A stretch of DNA of 51,336 bases, taken from NCBI GenBank assembly GCA_963736855.1, contig CAVTQK010000003.1:1-51336 (forward strand). Direction: 5' to 3'. Position numbers and translations under genes: made by a program. A model generated the notes under the pieces. The model saw only the letters and a program-made list of their open reading frames with translations, was not told the DNA's origin and searched no databases. Origin of the DNA: an uncultured delta proteobacterium. GTDB lineage: Bacteria; Desulfobacterota; Desulfobacteria; Desulfobacterales; UBA2156. Positions within the stretch are counted from its first letter, which is position 1; each line of letters begins with the position of its first letter. Of this stretch, positions 1 to 11,550 are shown one piece after another.

Positions 1-1
1 A

Positions 2-1145
2 CCAACGCAAACACGAATTTATTTAGGTATAGGCGCTCATAAGAATCTAACAAATATCCTGAAGAACATATCAAACGGGCCGGAGCAAAGAATTCTTTTC
101 TTATGTGACAGAGCTCTCGTTCCCACGGAATTTTTCAAAAGTATTGAAGCTATCTTAAAACAAAACGGCAACCCCTACGATCTCTTTTCGGAGATCGATG
201 CCGAACCCAGCGACACGATCGTGGAAAAGGTCTATGAACGATGCAAAAAGAGTAAACCTTCGCTTATTCTTGCGGTCGGTGGAGGTAGCGCGATAGCATT
301 GGAAAGGCCGTTGGAATATTAATCCCGCACGGCGGATCGATTCGCGATTATGAAGGTCTGGAAAAATACAAAGATTCACGATTACCCTTGGTAGCAATAC
401 CGACCACTGCGGGTACCGGTTCGGAAGTTACCGGTTCGTGCATAATTACCAATACCGGTACGGGGGTTAAAATGTCGATAACTCATTCAACCCTCAACCC
501 GGCAAATATCGCCATACTCGATCCGTTATCGCTTGTGACTTTACCCGCGGCGCCGGCGGCCTACGCCGGCATGGATGCTTTAACACATGCCCTGGAATCT
601 TATACGAATCTAAATTCTAATGTAATAACGGATGCGGTTGATTTACACGCCATCGAATTAATTTCAAAAAACATCAGACAATTCGTTTCAAATCGAAGCA
701 ATCTCGACGCAGGATTAAATATGCTCTGTGCAGCGAGTCTTGCCGGTTTAGGATTTACCAATACAGGAGTCGGCAACGTTCATTGTATGTCACGATATGT
801 CGCTACTTTTCCCACGTTGCCCACGGGCTCGCTAATGCCGTGTGTCTTCCCGTTGTGGCGGAGTTCAATCTTCTTGCCAATCCGGATAAATTTGCGAAAG
901 TTGCGGAGGTCATGGGAGAGAATATCGCCGGCCTGACTGCCATGGAGGCCGGCAGAAAAGGGATTGAAACCATCAAGCAACTTAACGCAGATTTGGGCAT
1001 ACCATCCCGCTTAAGAGATCTCGGAGTGAAGGAGGAAAAGATACCTGAAATGGCGGAGCTTTGTTTCAAGGCCAATTACAACACGCGGAATCCTCGCTAT
1101 ACGACGGTGAGCGATTTTGTCTCGCTCTTCAAGCGAGCTTTTTGA
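2..1145 (+). CDS. Iron-containing alcohol dehydrogenase (5' end outside window; frameshifted)
   Basis: Frame from nt 2 reads TRIYLGIG...EIDAEPS...AVGGGSA. ORF 388 has AIPTTAGTGSEVT, MDALTHALE and GNVHCM. ORF 783 has HGLANAVCLP. Confidence 0.93.
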
Positions 1146-1187
1146 CCCTCAGTTCAGTTGTACAAGCGATGTTTTCAGGAGGCATCG

Positions 1188-3064
1188 ATGAAAAGTGGCT
1201 ATATGGGCAAGCTTTTGTATGTCGATTTAACAAGAGGCACATTTACGGATCAGGCGCTTTCGGATGAGTTGGCGCGAAAATATATTGGCGGCAGCGGCTT
1301 GGGAGCCAGATTGCTTTTTGATCAAACCGACGCAAGTACGGATCCTTTTGGAGCGGATAATGTGCTCATGTTTCTCACGGGGCCTCTAACGGAAACCCCC
1401 ATTCCGATGGCGGGAAGATATGCGGTGATTACAAAGTCGCCATTGGGCATTTGGGGAGAAGGTGATTGCGGCGGAAGTTGGGGAAACATGCTCAAGAGAA
1501 CGGGATACGATGGGATCATCATTGCCGGAAAGTCGGAAAAGCCCGTCTATCTGTGGATCACCGACGAAGGTGTTTCCCTCAGAGATGGAAGTCACCTATG
1601 GGGTCGGGACACCGTTGAAACGGATGAGATGGTCAAGAAGGAAACAGCGGATAAGGCCGTCATAGCCTGTATCGGTCCGGCAGGCGAAAAACTGATGAGG
1701 ATGGCCGTCATTATTTCCGACGGCAAACATGCACGAGTGAGCGGGAGAGGCGGTATCGGAGCCGTCATGGGATCGAAACAACTCAAAGCCATTTCGGTGT
1801 ACGGCGCAAAGAAACCGCACATTGCCCGTCCTGATGAACTGAGAAATTTGATCAAAGACGTTCTGCCGAAACTGCGAGAAGCAACAAAGAATTTCAGCGC
1901 CTATGGAACCGCCGGGGCAGTTATCAAGAATGCCAACATAGGCGACTTGCCCGTAAAGAACTGGTCTTCAGGAAAATGGGATGACGAAAAAGTGAAAAAT
2001 ATTTCCGGCCAGACCATGGCCGAATCCATACTGACCAAGCAGTATTTCTGCAAGGGGTGCATCATAGGATGCGGGAGGGTGATGAACATCCCCGCCGGGC
2101 CGTACGCAGGCCTCGGCGGAGGCGGTCCCGAATATGAAACCCTCGGGGCGTTCGGTACATTGTGCTTGATAGACGATCTGAACGCCATTGCCATGGCAAA
2201 TGATTTGTGCAACCGCTACGGCATGGATACGGTCTCCGTCGGATCCTCCATCGCCTTTGCGATGGAGGCATACGAAAGAGGAGACCTCGATAAGAAGGAT
2301 ACAGGGGGAATAGAGCTCACCTGGGGAAACAAAGAAGCGATGCTGGCGATGGTTCGGAAGATCGGCGCAAGAGAAGGGTTGGGCAGGCTTCTGGGTGAGG
2401 GGGTAAAAAAAGCGGCCCAGGAGATCGGCGGCGATTCGATAAACTTCGCAATGGAGGTAAAGGGCCTCGAATTGCCCATGCATGATCCCAGATCCATGGG
2501 CAGTCTGGCAATTCTTTATGCAACATATCCGCGAGGCGCCTGCCATCGAGGGTGTACGTACCAACTGGAAAGAATCGGCATACCGGATTTGGGTTATGAT
2601 AAGCCTCTTGCAAGACAACAAGATGAAGGTAAGGCCGTTATGAATGCAATCATGCAGGACTATGCCGGCCTTTCAACTCCTTGAAGCTCTGCCAATTCGT
2701 CATCACTACGCTCAAACCTACCGAGGTTGTGCAATGTCTCAATTATGTGACCGGCTGGGACATCGATCTTCCGGAGTTGCTCAAGGCCGGAGAGAGGGCC
2801 TCAAACGTGAAGAGGATGTACAATGTTCGTATCGGTTTTACGAGAAAAGAGGATACCTTGCCCCAAAGGATTCTATCGGAGAAGTTTACGGAAGGAGGCG
2901 CAGCCGGATACCTGCCAAATCTGGAAAAAATGCTGGATGAATATTACCGGCATCGCAGATGGAGTTCTGATGGAATACCGCTTCCATCAACATTGAAGCA
3001 GCTCGGCTTGGACGCTGAAGCTGAAGTGGTGGCGCAGATGTTCCCGAATCTGTCAAAGGATTGA
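1188..3064 (+). CDS. Tungsten-dependent aldehyde:ferredoxin oxidoreductase (AOR family); frameshift ~2680
   Basis: GYMGKLLYVDL, KSPL, IGPAGE, GRGGIGAVMGSK, CKGCIIGC, GPEYET, NRYGMDT, KGLELPMHDPR, EDTLP, YY..RRW. AGGAGG RBS before ATG 1188. Confidence 0.95.
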
Positions 3065-3142
3065 GCAGATAACCGGAAGAATGAGGTGAAGGAATATCGT
3101 CTCAGTCCACAAATAAATATTTTTCTAAGGAGGGTCCGGATT

Positions 3143-4173
3143 ATGGATACAAAGAGGAAGATCATGTTGGCCGCAGCGGTGCTGTCCGTTCTTTTGTTCC
3201 CGCTGGGAGTGGTGCCGACGGCGGAGGCGAAGACCTATGAATTCAACATTTCCTTGGACTCCCCCGCGACCCACGGAAAAACCATGGGGACGCAAATATT
3301 CATCCAGGAATTGGTCAAAAGATCGGAGGGCCGGCTGAAACCGACGATTTTTCACAGTGCCCCGCTTTACAAAGACGCCCACGTAACCAAGGCCGTGAAC
3401 ATGGGTACGGTGCAGATGGCGGTTGTGGGAAACTATTTGCTGGATGGCGTTGACATCAATGCTACCGTGACCCATCTTCCCATGTTTTTCGGACAGGCCC
3501 TTCCGGAAGACGAGTACATGCAGTTGCTCGATGAAGTGAGCGGGCCGTCAGTAAACGACTTGAAAAGAAACTGAATGTGAAAGTGATAGGCCGGGTGTTT
3601 GAGATGGGGTTTGATAATATGTACACCTCAAGAAAAAGATCACGAAGTTGGAAGATTTTAAGGGTTTAAAGATACGCCATGCCGGAGGCGCCGTGTCTCT
3701 GCAGCGGTTCAAGGCTTTGGGCGCGGGTGGCGTAGTGATCGCTTGGCCGGACGTGCCCATGGCTCTGGCCCAGGGCACGATCGATGGTTTATCTACAACG
3801 ACCAAGAGTGTGGAGGAGCGCCAAGCTTCATGAGACCGGGCTCAAATATGCAGTCGAAACCCGGACCAATCATTTTTTACTACTACCCCATGGTGAATTT
3901 AAAGTTCTGGAACAGCCTTCCGCCGGACCTTCAAAAGATCTTTCTGGAGGTATGGAATGAAGTCGTACCCAAACAGCGGGAGATCGCCGAAACGGGAACA
4001 ACAAAAGGCCAAAGAATTCCTGCAAAGTAAGGGAATGGAATTTTATGAACCCAGCGACGAAGAATTGGCCAAATGGCGCAAGCATCTTCATGCCTATTCA
4101 AGACCGATTAGTAAAAGAGCTCAAGTACGACCCGGAACTCGTCAAATTAGCCATGAAAGCTTTGGGCATGTAG
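3143..4173 (+). CDS. dctP: TRAP transporter substrate-binding protein DctP (several frameshifts)
   Basis: Signal peptide ending AEA; RSEGRLK; EDFKGLKIR; ALAQGTIDG; NLKFWNSLPPDLQK. Confidence 0.9.
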
Positions 4174-4262
4174 AATTCAACTCAATCGCCATCCATCCGG
4201 ATGAGGGGGAAGCTTCCGGAGGGTTTTGCGGTGCTCCCCCTTTGAAAAAAGGAGGTTTGGTT

Positions 4263-4796
4263 GTGAGATAGGATTGTGGGGGGATGGAACCAGGTGGAAA
4301 AATTTCTTGTCGGGCTCCTCGCCTTAGCCGCTGTGGCATGCTGCTTTTTACGGCGTCATCATGAGATATGTCTTTCGATCGACTCCTGATTGGATTGAGG
4401 AAATCATCATCTACATGATCATCTGGTGCGGTCTTCATTTCCGCCAGCACTCTGGCGGAAGAAAAGGGACACGTGGCGGCTACTTTAGTCGTAGAACGTT
4501 TCCCCATGAAGGTCCGGCGCATCCTGGCCGTCTTCAATGGGATCCTGGCCCTGGGATTCTGCGGGATCATCAGCTGGTATGGGTTCTGGATCGTCCTGCA
4601 AACCTATGCTTGCAACGAAAAGTCCCCCACATCGCTTCGCTTTCCCGCTCTGGATTCCTTACCTTTCGGTAGCCTGTGGGCTGTATCCTCGTCGGCATGA
4701 GATACGTGATCCGCATTTACCGACTTCTCTTTCAATTCCAAAGGTCCGAGACTTCTGGAAAGTCATGAAATGAGTCGAGAGGAGGTCCATCCATGA
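4263..4796 (+). CDS. dctQ: TRAP transporter small permease DctQ (frameshifted; start approximate)
   Basis: MRYVFRSTPDWIEE motif, KGHVAATL, hydrophobic helices; lies between dctP and dctM. Confidence 0.85.
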
Positions 4797-6079
4797 TCCT
4801 CGATCTTAATTCTCGTTTTCGGGGTTTTGCTCATGCCTGGGACTTCCCATCGCCTTTACGCTGGGCATCACCGCCCTGGTCATGATTGCACTTTTATTCT
4901 CCCACCCCTCTGATGATGCTTCCCGAAGTCATGTACAATGCTCTGGACACTTTTCCCCTGATGGCGATCCCCTTCTTCGTCATTGCCGCCCAGTTCATGG
5001 TCCGGGGAGGAACCTCCCGGTATCTCATCGAAGCAGCGGATTGCTACATCGGCCACATGCGGGGGGGGCTGGCCATTGTCGCTGTGGTCTCTTGCATGTT
5101 TTTTGCCGCTATCTGTGGCTCCAGCGTAGCCACTGCCATGGCCATTGGCGTCGTCGTTATCCCGGCCATGATGCAGTTTGGTTACACCCGATCCTTTGCC
5201 GCGGGAGTCGTCGCTGCCTCCGGGACCATGGGGATCATGATTCCTCCCAGCATTCCCCTGATCATTTACGGGATCATCGCGGAGGAATCCATCCCCAGGT
5301 TGTTTCTGGCAGGGGTGATGCCGGGCATCCTGGAGGGGGCCCTTTATATCGCCTGGATTGCATGGTATGTCCAGACGTAAGAAATTCGGGGGAGGGCGGC
5401 CGCGGGCTACCTTGGCCGAGACCGTGCGCGCCACGGTCAAAGCCGCTCCGGCCTTCTCGTTGCCCGTCATCATCCTCGGTGGAATTTACTCGGGCCTTGT
5501 CACCGTAACCGAAGCCGCGGGCCTGGCAGCCGTCGTAGCCATCCTCATCAGCCTTTTTGTCTACCGGGAGGTCAAATTCCGAGAGATCATCCCTTTGTGC
5601 TCGGAGGCCATGAAGTCGGCGGGGATGATCATGTTTATCATCTCCACGGCCATCGTATTCGGTAACTGGCTGACCGAGTCGGGAATCCCGGCCGGGTAGT
5701 AACCATGATCACCGACTATCAAATTATCCCCTTACGCTTTCCTGCTTCTGCATCAATGTCATTCTGCTCATTCTGGGGATGTTCCTCGAAGTCGCATCCA
5801 TCATGCTGATCACCTTGCCCATCATGATCCCGGTCGTCCATGCTTCTGGGGATCGACCCCATCCATTTCGGTATCGTCGTGGTTGTAAACATGGAACTTG
5901 CTCTGGAAACCCCTCCGGTGGGGCTCAACCTCTACGTCATCTCCGGTGTGGCTAAGGCCCCTTTATGGGAGGTCATAAAGGGGACCTTTCCCTTCACCTG
6001 TCTTGGGCTTTATACAGCTTGCGATCATTACGTATTGGCCCGCCTTCAGTCTCTTTTTGCCAAACCTCCTCATGCCTAA
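4793..6079 (+). CDS. dctM: TRAP transporter large permease DctM (frameshifted)
   Basis: LMAIPFF, GSSVATA, GIMIPPSIPLIIYG, TVTEAA, GIDPIHFG, TPPVGLNL. Confidence 0.93.
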
Positions 6080-6144
6080 GTGATGAAGCGCCAGATATCG
6101 GATGAATGTCAGAGTTTAGTCTTGGATGAAGAAAGGAGAATAGG

Positions 6145-7526
6145 ATGAAAAAAGTCATGCGAGCGACGGAAGACCTGGCAAGATTTGCATGTGAACTTAC
6201 CTTTAAGAAACTCCCCAAGGAGGCAATCGAGTGGGCGAAAGATGCTCATTCTTGATTGCTCCGGTGTCGCACTCGCAGGATCAAAAGAGGAAGCCGGAGA
6301 AATTATCACAAGTTATGCAAAGGAAGTTAACGGCAGGCCGGAGGCGGGTGTTTTTGCGTCCGGTTTCAAAACCAGCGCCGCCGATGCCGCCCTGGCCAAC
6401 GGAACCATGGCCCATGCATTAGACTATGATGACTACGTGCTCCCGAACTGGACGGGCCATCCGACGGCTCCCATATTGCCGGCGATTTTCGCCCTGGGAC
6501 AGCGGCAAAAATCTCGGGCAAAGATCTCTTGTTGGCCTATGTCGTGGGCTTCGAGACCGGCGCGAGGATCGGGGCCTGTCTGGCCGGGGGCATTACGAAA
6601 GCGGCTGGCACCCCACGGCTACCTACGGTACGATGGGTGCCACGGCGGCATGCTGCAACATATTGAAATTGAATGTGGCGCAGACGCAGTCGGCGTTCGG
6701 CATTGCCAGCTCCGAAGCGAGCGGTGTGAGACAGAACTTCGGCACCATGACCAAGCCGCTTCATGCCGGTCTATCGGCGCGAAACGGCGTGATGGCCGCT
6801 CTGCTGGCCGGAAAGGGGTTCACCGCCGACGGGAACGCAATCGAGGGGCCCTTTGGTTTCGGCAAGGTGTTTTCCGCCGGGGGCGAATTATGATCCGGCC
6901 AAGATCCGTAAGGGCTTGGGCGAGTCCTATCTTCTCGTCGAACACGGCATAAGCGTCAAGCCCTACCCGTGCTGCGCCGAAGCGCATCGCTGTTTGGATG
7001 CGATCCTGTTCCTGATTCAGGAACACGGACATCAAAGCGGATAAGGTGGAATCCGTGGAATGCCGTACGAGCGACATGGTGCCCAAAATCATGATACGGC
7101 ATCGCCCGAAGACCGTGGATGAGGCGAAGTTCAGCATGGAGTATTGCATGGCAGTTGCGTTGCTCGACAGAGAGGCCGGGCTGCGGCAATTCACGCGCCG
7201 AGCGGGTCATGGAACCCAAAGTCCAGAAGCTGCTCACTCGCGTAAATTACGTCCATTTACCGGAAGCGAGCGGTTATCTGAACATGGAGCGTTACCCGGA
7301 GCGGGTCACCGTCCGGCTGCGTGACGGCAGCGCTTACTCGCATGAGGTGCTCACGAACAAGGGAAAACCCGGTAACCGCCTGAGCAAAGAGGAACTGATC
7401 GCCAAATACCGCGCCTGCGCCGCGGACGCCATTTCTCAGGACCGTATAGACCGCTCGCTTGAAATGCTGGGTCGATTGGAAAAGCTGAGAGACATTAGTG
7501 AACTGATGGATGTGCTTTGCGCATAA
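6145..7526 (+). CDS. MmgE/PrpD family protein (frameshifted)
   Basis: AALANGTMAHALDYDD, GHPTAPILPA, GWHPTATYG, TKPLHAG, KPYPCC, AKFSMEYC. Confidence 0.92.
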
Positions 7527-7670
7527 GCGGATTCCCCGGGTCAGGCGGCAATTCCCGGGAGGAGGGAGGTTTTCGAACGGATCGATGCTCTGGACGTACG
7601 GTAAGGAAGCACGGAAACGCAGGTGTGGCCGGAACCAGGTAAACAAAAAATAACGAAGGGAGGTGTTGGT

Positions 7671-7769
7671 ATGGGCGCGGATCTTATGTGGTGCATCATT
7701 TACACTGAGGCAATTCCAATCGTCGGGGCCATGATATTGATCTATTATTTTGCAACGGGGAGGGGGTAA
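7671..7769 (+). CDS. 32-aa single-TM small protein, probable symporter accessory subunit
   Basis: GGAGGT RBS; MGADLMWCIIYTEAIPIVGAMILIYYFATGRG*; stop 3 nt before the SSS start. Confidence 0.6.
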   Translation: MGADLMWCIIYTEAIPIVGAMILIYYFATGRG

Positions 7770-7772
7770 CTT

Positions 7773-9385
7773 ATGGATAAGATGCTTCTCTTATTGCCGA
7801 CGATCATCGCGTTGGTCGTCGTTTTCGGCGTTGTGGAGTATTTCAAAAAAGAAGGCTTCCACGATCGAGGGGTTTTATGTTGCGAATCGCGGGATCAATA
7901 TTTGGCTCCTCACCGGCACCTATGTCGCATCGTGGGTGAGCATTACGGGAATGATGGGATGGTCGAGTCTCGCCTTCCGCAAGGGTATTGCGGTCAGCAT
8001 GTGGACATTTGGTTTCTGGGGCGTTGTGTTTTTTACCTTTCTCGTCGGCTTGCCGCTCCGCAGAGTGGCAAAGTATTCTCATGAGCTTATCGAAAAAAGC
8101 GATACGGTTGTTGAGGCAAAGCAGCTTTTGACCGCTCCGGATTTCTTTGAACTGCGTTTTCCGAGTAAGTGGGTCAGAGGTATTTCAAGCATCATGCTGA
8201 TCGGCGGACTGACGTTTTATGCCGTGGGGCAGTTGGTCGGGATGTCCCTTGCAATGAGCTTTCTGGGAATCAATTTCGGCACGGCGCTCATTATTTGCAC
8301 GGTCATCCTCATCTGGACGACGGTCCGCGCCGGAACGCCGGGGATTATCGTCAACGACACCATCAATATGTTCACCTTCGTCATTGCCGTTTTCATCCTC
8401 ATCCCCTTCGCTCTTTATGCCGTTGGCGGCATTGACAATCTCGTAGCCATAACGAGCAAGGCGAAACCGGGGATGTGGAGCGACATGGGATATCAGAATA
8501 CGATCTTTTTCATCGTATCCTTCAATCTGATCTGGAATTTCATGACGGCGGGTTCCCCGCACCTGGTACAGCGGGCCTACACTGCGAAATCGGAAAAGGT
8601 ATTCTTGAAGGCTCAGATCATCGGCGTGTTCATCGTGATCATGTGGTGTTGGTTTCTGTATATCTCCACCCAGACCGGCTTGGTTCTCCTGCCGGATCTG
8701 CAGGCGAAAGACGCCGACAACCTTCTGCCCCTGATTGCGATCAAGGTCCTGCCGACTTTTCTTGCCGGGGTGGTTCTTGCCGCAATTTTTGCCGTCGGGT
8801 TTTCGACGATCAACACGCAGGTTTCCGTTATGGCCTTCGGTGCGGCGCGCGATGTCTATCAGACGTTGTTCAAACCGGATATATCCGAGAAGGATTTGAT
8901 GATATTCACCAAGTGGATGATCGCCGTTTTGAGCATCGTGGTTGCCCTGTTCGCCTGGACGAAGCCGTGGTTTATCGCCGAGCTTACCACCTGGGGAGTC
9001 GCTTTTTACGGCGCCTGCTTCGTTCCGATGTTCGTCTGCGGATTCTTCTGGAAAAGGGCGACTACCGCGGGTATCCTGACGGGAATCTCCTCCGGATCGC
9101 TCGTCTATATCACTTCTGGGGGTGTTGAAGTATATCGGCGCCTATAATCTTCCCTACGCCATGCACCCGTTTCTCGTTACGTTGCCGTTGACCGTCCTTG
9201 TCATTGTGGTCGTTTCCCTGATGACGGAGCAGTCGGCACAGGAACGGAAGGTTGCGTTGAAGATCAGCGAAGTCCTTGCGCGGAAGTCGGATGAGCCGAC
9301 GACCGGGTCGGATTATGTTGCCCCGGTTGTTATCATCATTCTTTCACTTGCCATGATGGCGTTGCTCTTCTGGATGTTTTCGTAG
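7773..9385 (+). CDS. Sodium:solute symporter (SSS) family protein (frameshifts ~7850, ~9120)
   Basis: FYVANRG, TAPDFFELRF, PHLVQRAYTAKS, STINTQ, FFWKRATTAG; many TM helices. Confidence 0.93.
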
Positions 9386-9392
9386 TGTGAAG

Positions 9393-9426
9393 GCGGCATG
9401 GCCTCTTGAAAGAGAGGCCATGCCGC
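9393..9426 (+). other. Perfect 14-bp intergenic hairpin (possible processing/stabilising stem or weak terminator)
   Basis: gcggcatggcctct-tgaaag-agaggccatgccgc; no U-tract. Confidence 0.6.
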
Positions 9427-9531
9427 GCTTGCCATCGGCCTTGCCGGGAGTGACGTTATTGTCAACATCGGAAGCAAGGCGATAGATATGGCGAGCAGCA
9501 GTAAGATAAGAAAAACGGAAGGAGAAATAAA

Positions 9532-10432
9532 ATGATGATGGAAATGGAAGCGGATCGACTTTTGGAAGGTTCTATTGATACGCACTGTCACGGATACCCC
9601 GAAATAAGCTTCGATGTGAAGATGAGGGTCGAGGATTTGGAGGCTCTCCGATTGGCGGCCCAGGCAAAGATGAAGGGCATTGTCCTGAAATCGCACATGT
9701 GGCCGACGATAGGCCGCATCTACCAGATGAAGGACAAGTTTGAGGGAACCGAAGTCTGGTCCAGTATAACACTGAACACCAGTTCAGGGGGATTCAGTCC
9801 CTGGGTCACGGAATCGGCCTTAAAGCAGGGAGTAAAAGTCATTTGGCTGCCAACGTGGAGCGCCAGTAACGACATCAGGCGGGGAGGTTTCTGCCGTCTG
9901 ATGAAACCCTGGCTCCCCACCCTGAATCGGATTACGCCCGAAGAGGGTCTGTCGGTTTTCAATCCATCCGGAGAGCTGGATCAGAATGTGAAAGAGATTC
10001 TTGCCTTGGCCAAAGATTATGATGTCGCCATCTTTACGGGACACATTTCGCCGGAGGAGTCGCTGGCTGTTGCCCGAGAGGCAAAAAAGATGGGGTTCAA
10101 AAAGTTGCTGATGAGCCATCCGGACAGCAATGCCGTGGGAGCCACCATGGAACACGTCAAGGAGTTCGCAGGGATGGGCTTCTTCATCGAATACAACTTT
10201 TTTGGGTTTACTGCCGGCCTTTTGGAGAATCAGCCTCAAGGAAATTTGTCAGAGAATCAGGGATGTTGGAGCAAAACGCTGGGTTCTTTCAACGGACACT
10301 TTCTTTGAATGGAGCGCCCCTCCTTCAGAGATGATGCGGATGTTCATTGCCTCTGCCTTGAGCGCCGGGATGACCGCGGATGAGGTGGATTTGATGGTGC
10401 GAAAAAATCCAAGCGAGTTGCTCAACGCGTAA
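9532..10432 (+). CDS. Metal-dependent amidohydrolase/PHP-fold protein (DUF6282-like); frameshift ~10200
   Basis: IDTHCH, VLKSH, VIWLPT, TGHIS, SHP and LSTD motifs; ends NP..LL. Confidence 0.8.
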
Positions 10433-10525
10433 GAGAAATTCGTTGGGCCTTTAAACGGTGTTCCTGTACCCGGGATACATTCCCGGTTTCTCCCGGGTGC
10501 CCGGGGTATGGCAATTCCGGCAGAT

Positions 10526-10575
10526 AAAAAAGCCTCCCGCGCCGCGAACCGCTCACCGTTCGCGGTGCGGGAGGC
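10526..10575 (-). terminator. Rho-independent terminator of the minus-strand operon
   Basis: A6 followed by gcctcccgcgccgcgaac / gttcgcggtgcgggaggc 18-bp stem, between convergent operons. Confidence 0.8.
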
Positions 10576-10683
10576 AAATATGAATTTGAGCCTCTCGCAG
10601 ATCGGCAAAATCCTTTTGTGCCAAGTCTTGTCCGTCATCGACAATCAGACGGTGCCACTACCAAGGCTCAACATTGCTGCTGT

Positions 10684-10992
10684 TTACGCTTCCTGGAGCA
10701 CCTTGAGCGAGGAACCGCCTTCCACCATGTCCTTTCTCTTCTCGAAAAAGGCCTTCATATGAGGGGTCACAAGGTGATTGCGGAGCGCATCCAGGCTTTC
10801 CCACTTCTCAATAATCGTGACAACGTTTGCATCCAGTATCTGCGGCGGCAAACCCGATGCGATATCCACAGCCGGGATATATTGGATGCATCCCTTCTCT
10901 TCTCTTACGTGGCGCGCAGTGGATTTGAAAAGCTCAAGAAACTGATCAAGCATACCCGTTTTCACACGCACTGAAGCAATGACATGAATCAT
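10684..10992 (-). CDS. Antibiotic biosynthesis monooxygenase (ABM) / putative quinol monooxygenase
   Basis: MIHVIASVRVK, EKGCIQY, IEKWESLDALRNHL.TPHM; GGAGG RBS. Confidence 0.88.
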   Translation of the reverse strand: MIHVIASVRVKTGMLDQFLELFKSTARHVREEKGCIQYIPAVDIASGLPPQILDANVVTIIEKWESLDALRNHLVTPHMKAFFEKRKDMVEGGSSLKVLQEA

Positions 10993-11014
10993 CTCCATTT
11001 CCTCCTTTTCTCGA

Positions 11015-11542
11015 TCAACGGTCTTGGTCCATTTTTTTTCGAACACTCGCTCTATTCCTCTGCAAAAGGATCGAGTAGGCCTGCAGCTGTGAATCTTCCG
11101 GTTGGGCGTAAAATGGTCTTTTCGCCACAAATCTTATGGCCCCGGTCGGGCACATTTGTGCACAGGCCGGATCGCCTCCGCAAAGTTCACACTTGTAAGC
11201 TTTTTTCGCCATCGCATTAAAGAACATCGCCCCGAAAGGACAGGCCCCGATGCACACGCCGCAGCCATTACATTTGTCGCGATCTACAACGACTACCTTT
11301 GTCTCATCCTTCCGGCGCGATATCGCCTTGCTGGGACATGAAGAAAGACAGGGGGCATCGGCGCACTGCCGACAGGTTGTAACGGAATTATAGGGAAGCG
11401 AATAGGTCCCTTCGATAAAGGTGATGTTCGATATCCTGGACACCGAAGGATTAAATGTATTTTCGTTCTTCAATGAGCAAGCCAACTCGCAGCTTTTGCA
11501 TCCGATACATTTTTGCGGATCTATCTTCAACTGTTTCGGCAT
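11015..11542 (-). CDS. 4Fe-4S dicluster electron-transfer subunit (AOR small subunit type)
   Basis: Four Cys clusters: CIGCKSCELAC, CRQCADAPCLSSCP, CNGCGVCIGACP, CELCGGDPACAQMCP. Confidence 0.93.
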   Translation of the reverse strand: MPKQLKIDPQKCIGCKSCELACSLKNENTFNPSVSRISNITFIEGTYSLPYNSVTTCRQCADAPCLSSCPSKAISRRKDETKVVVVDRDKCNGCGVCIGACPFGAMFFNAMAKKAYKCELCGGDPACAQMCPTGAIRFVAKRPFYAQPEDSQLQAYSILLQRNRASVRKKMDQDR

Positions 11543-11550
11543 ATCGAACC

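Noticed and set aside
2640..2700. Selenocysteine/readthrough or a split AOR at the TGA ending 2684
   Set aside because: Homology continues in another frame (NSLKLCQF), so it is an indel, not an in-frame stop.
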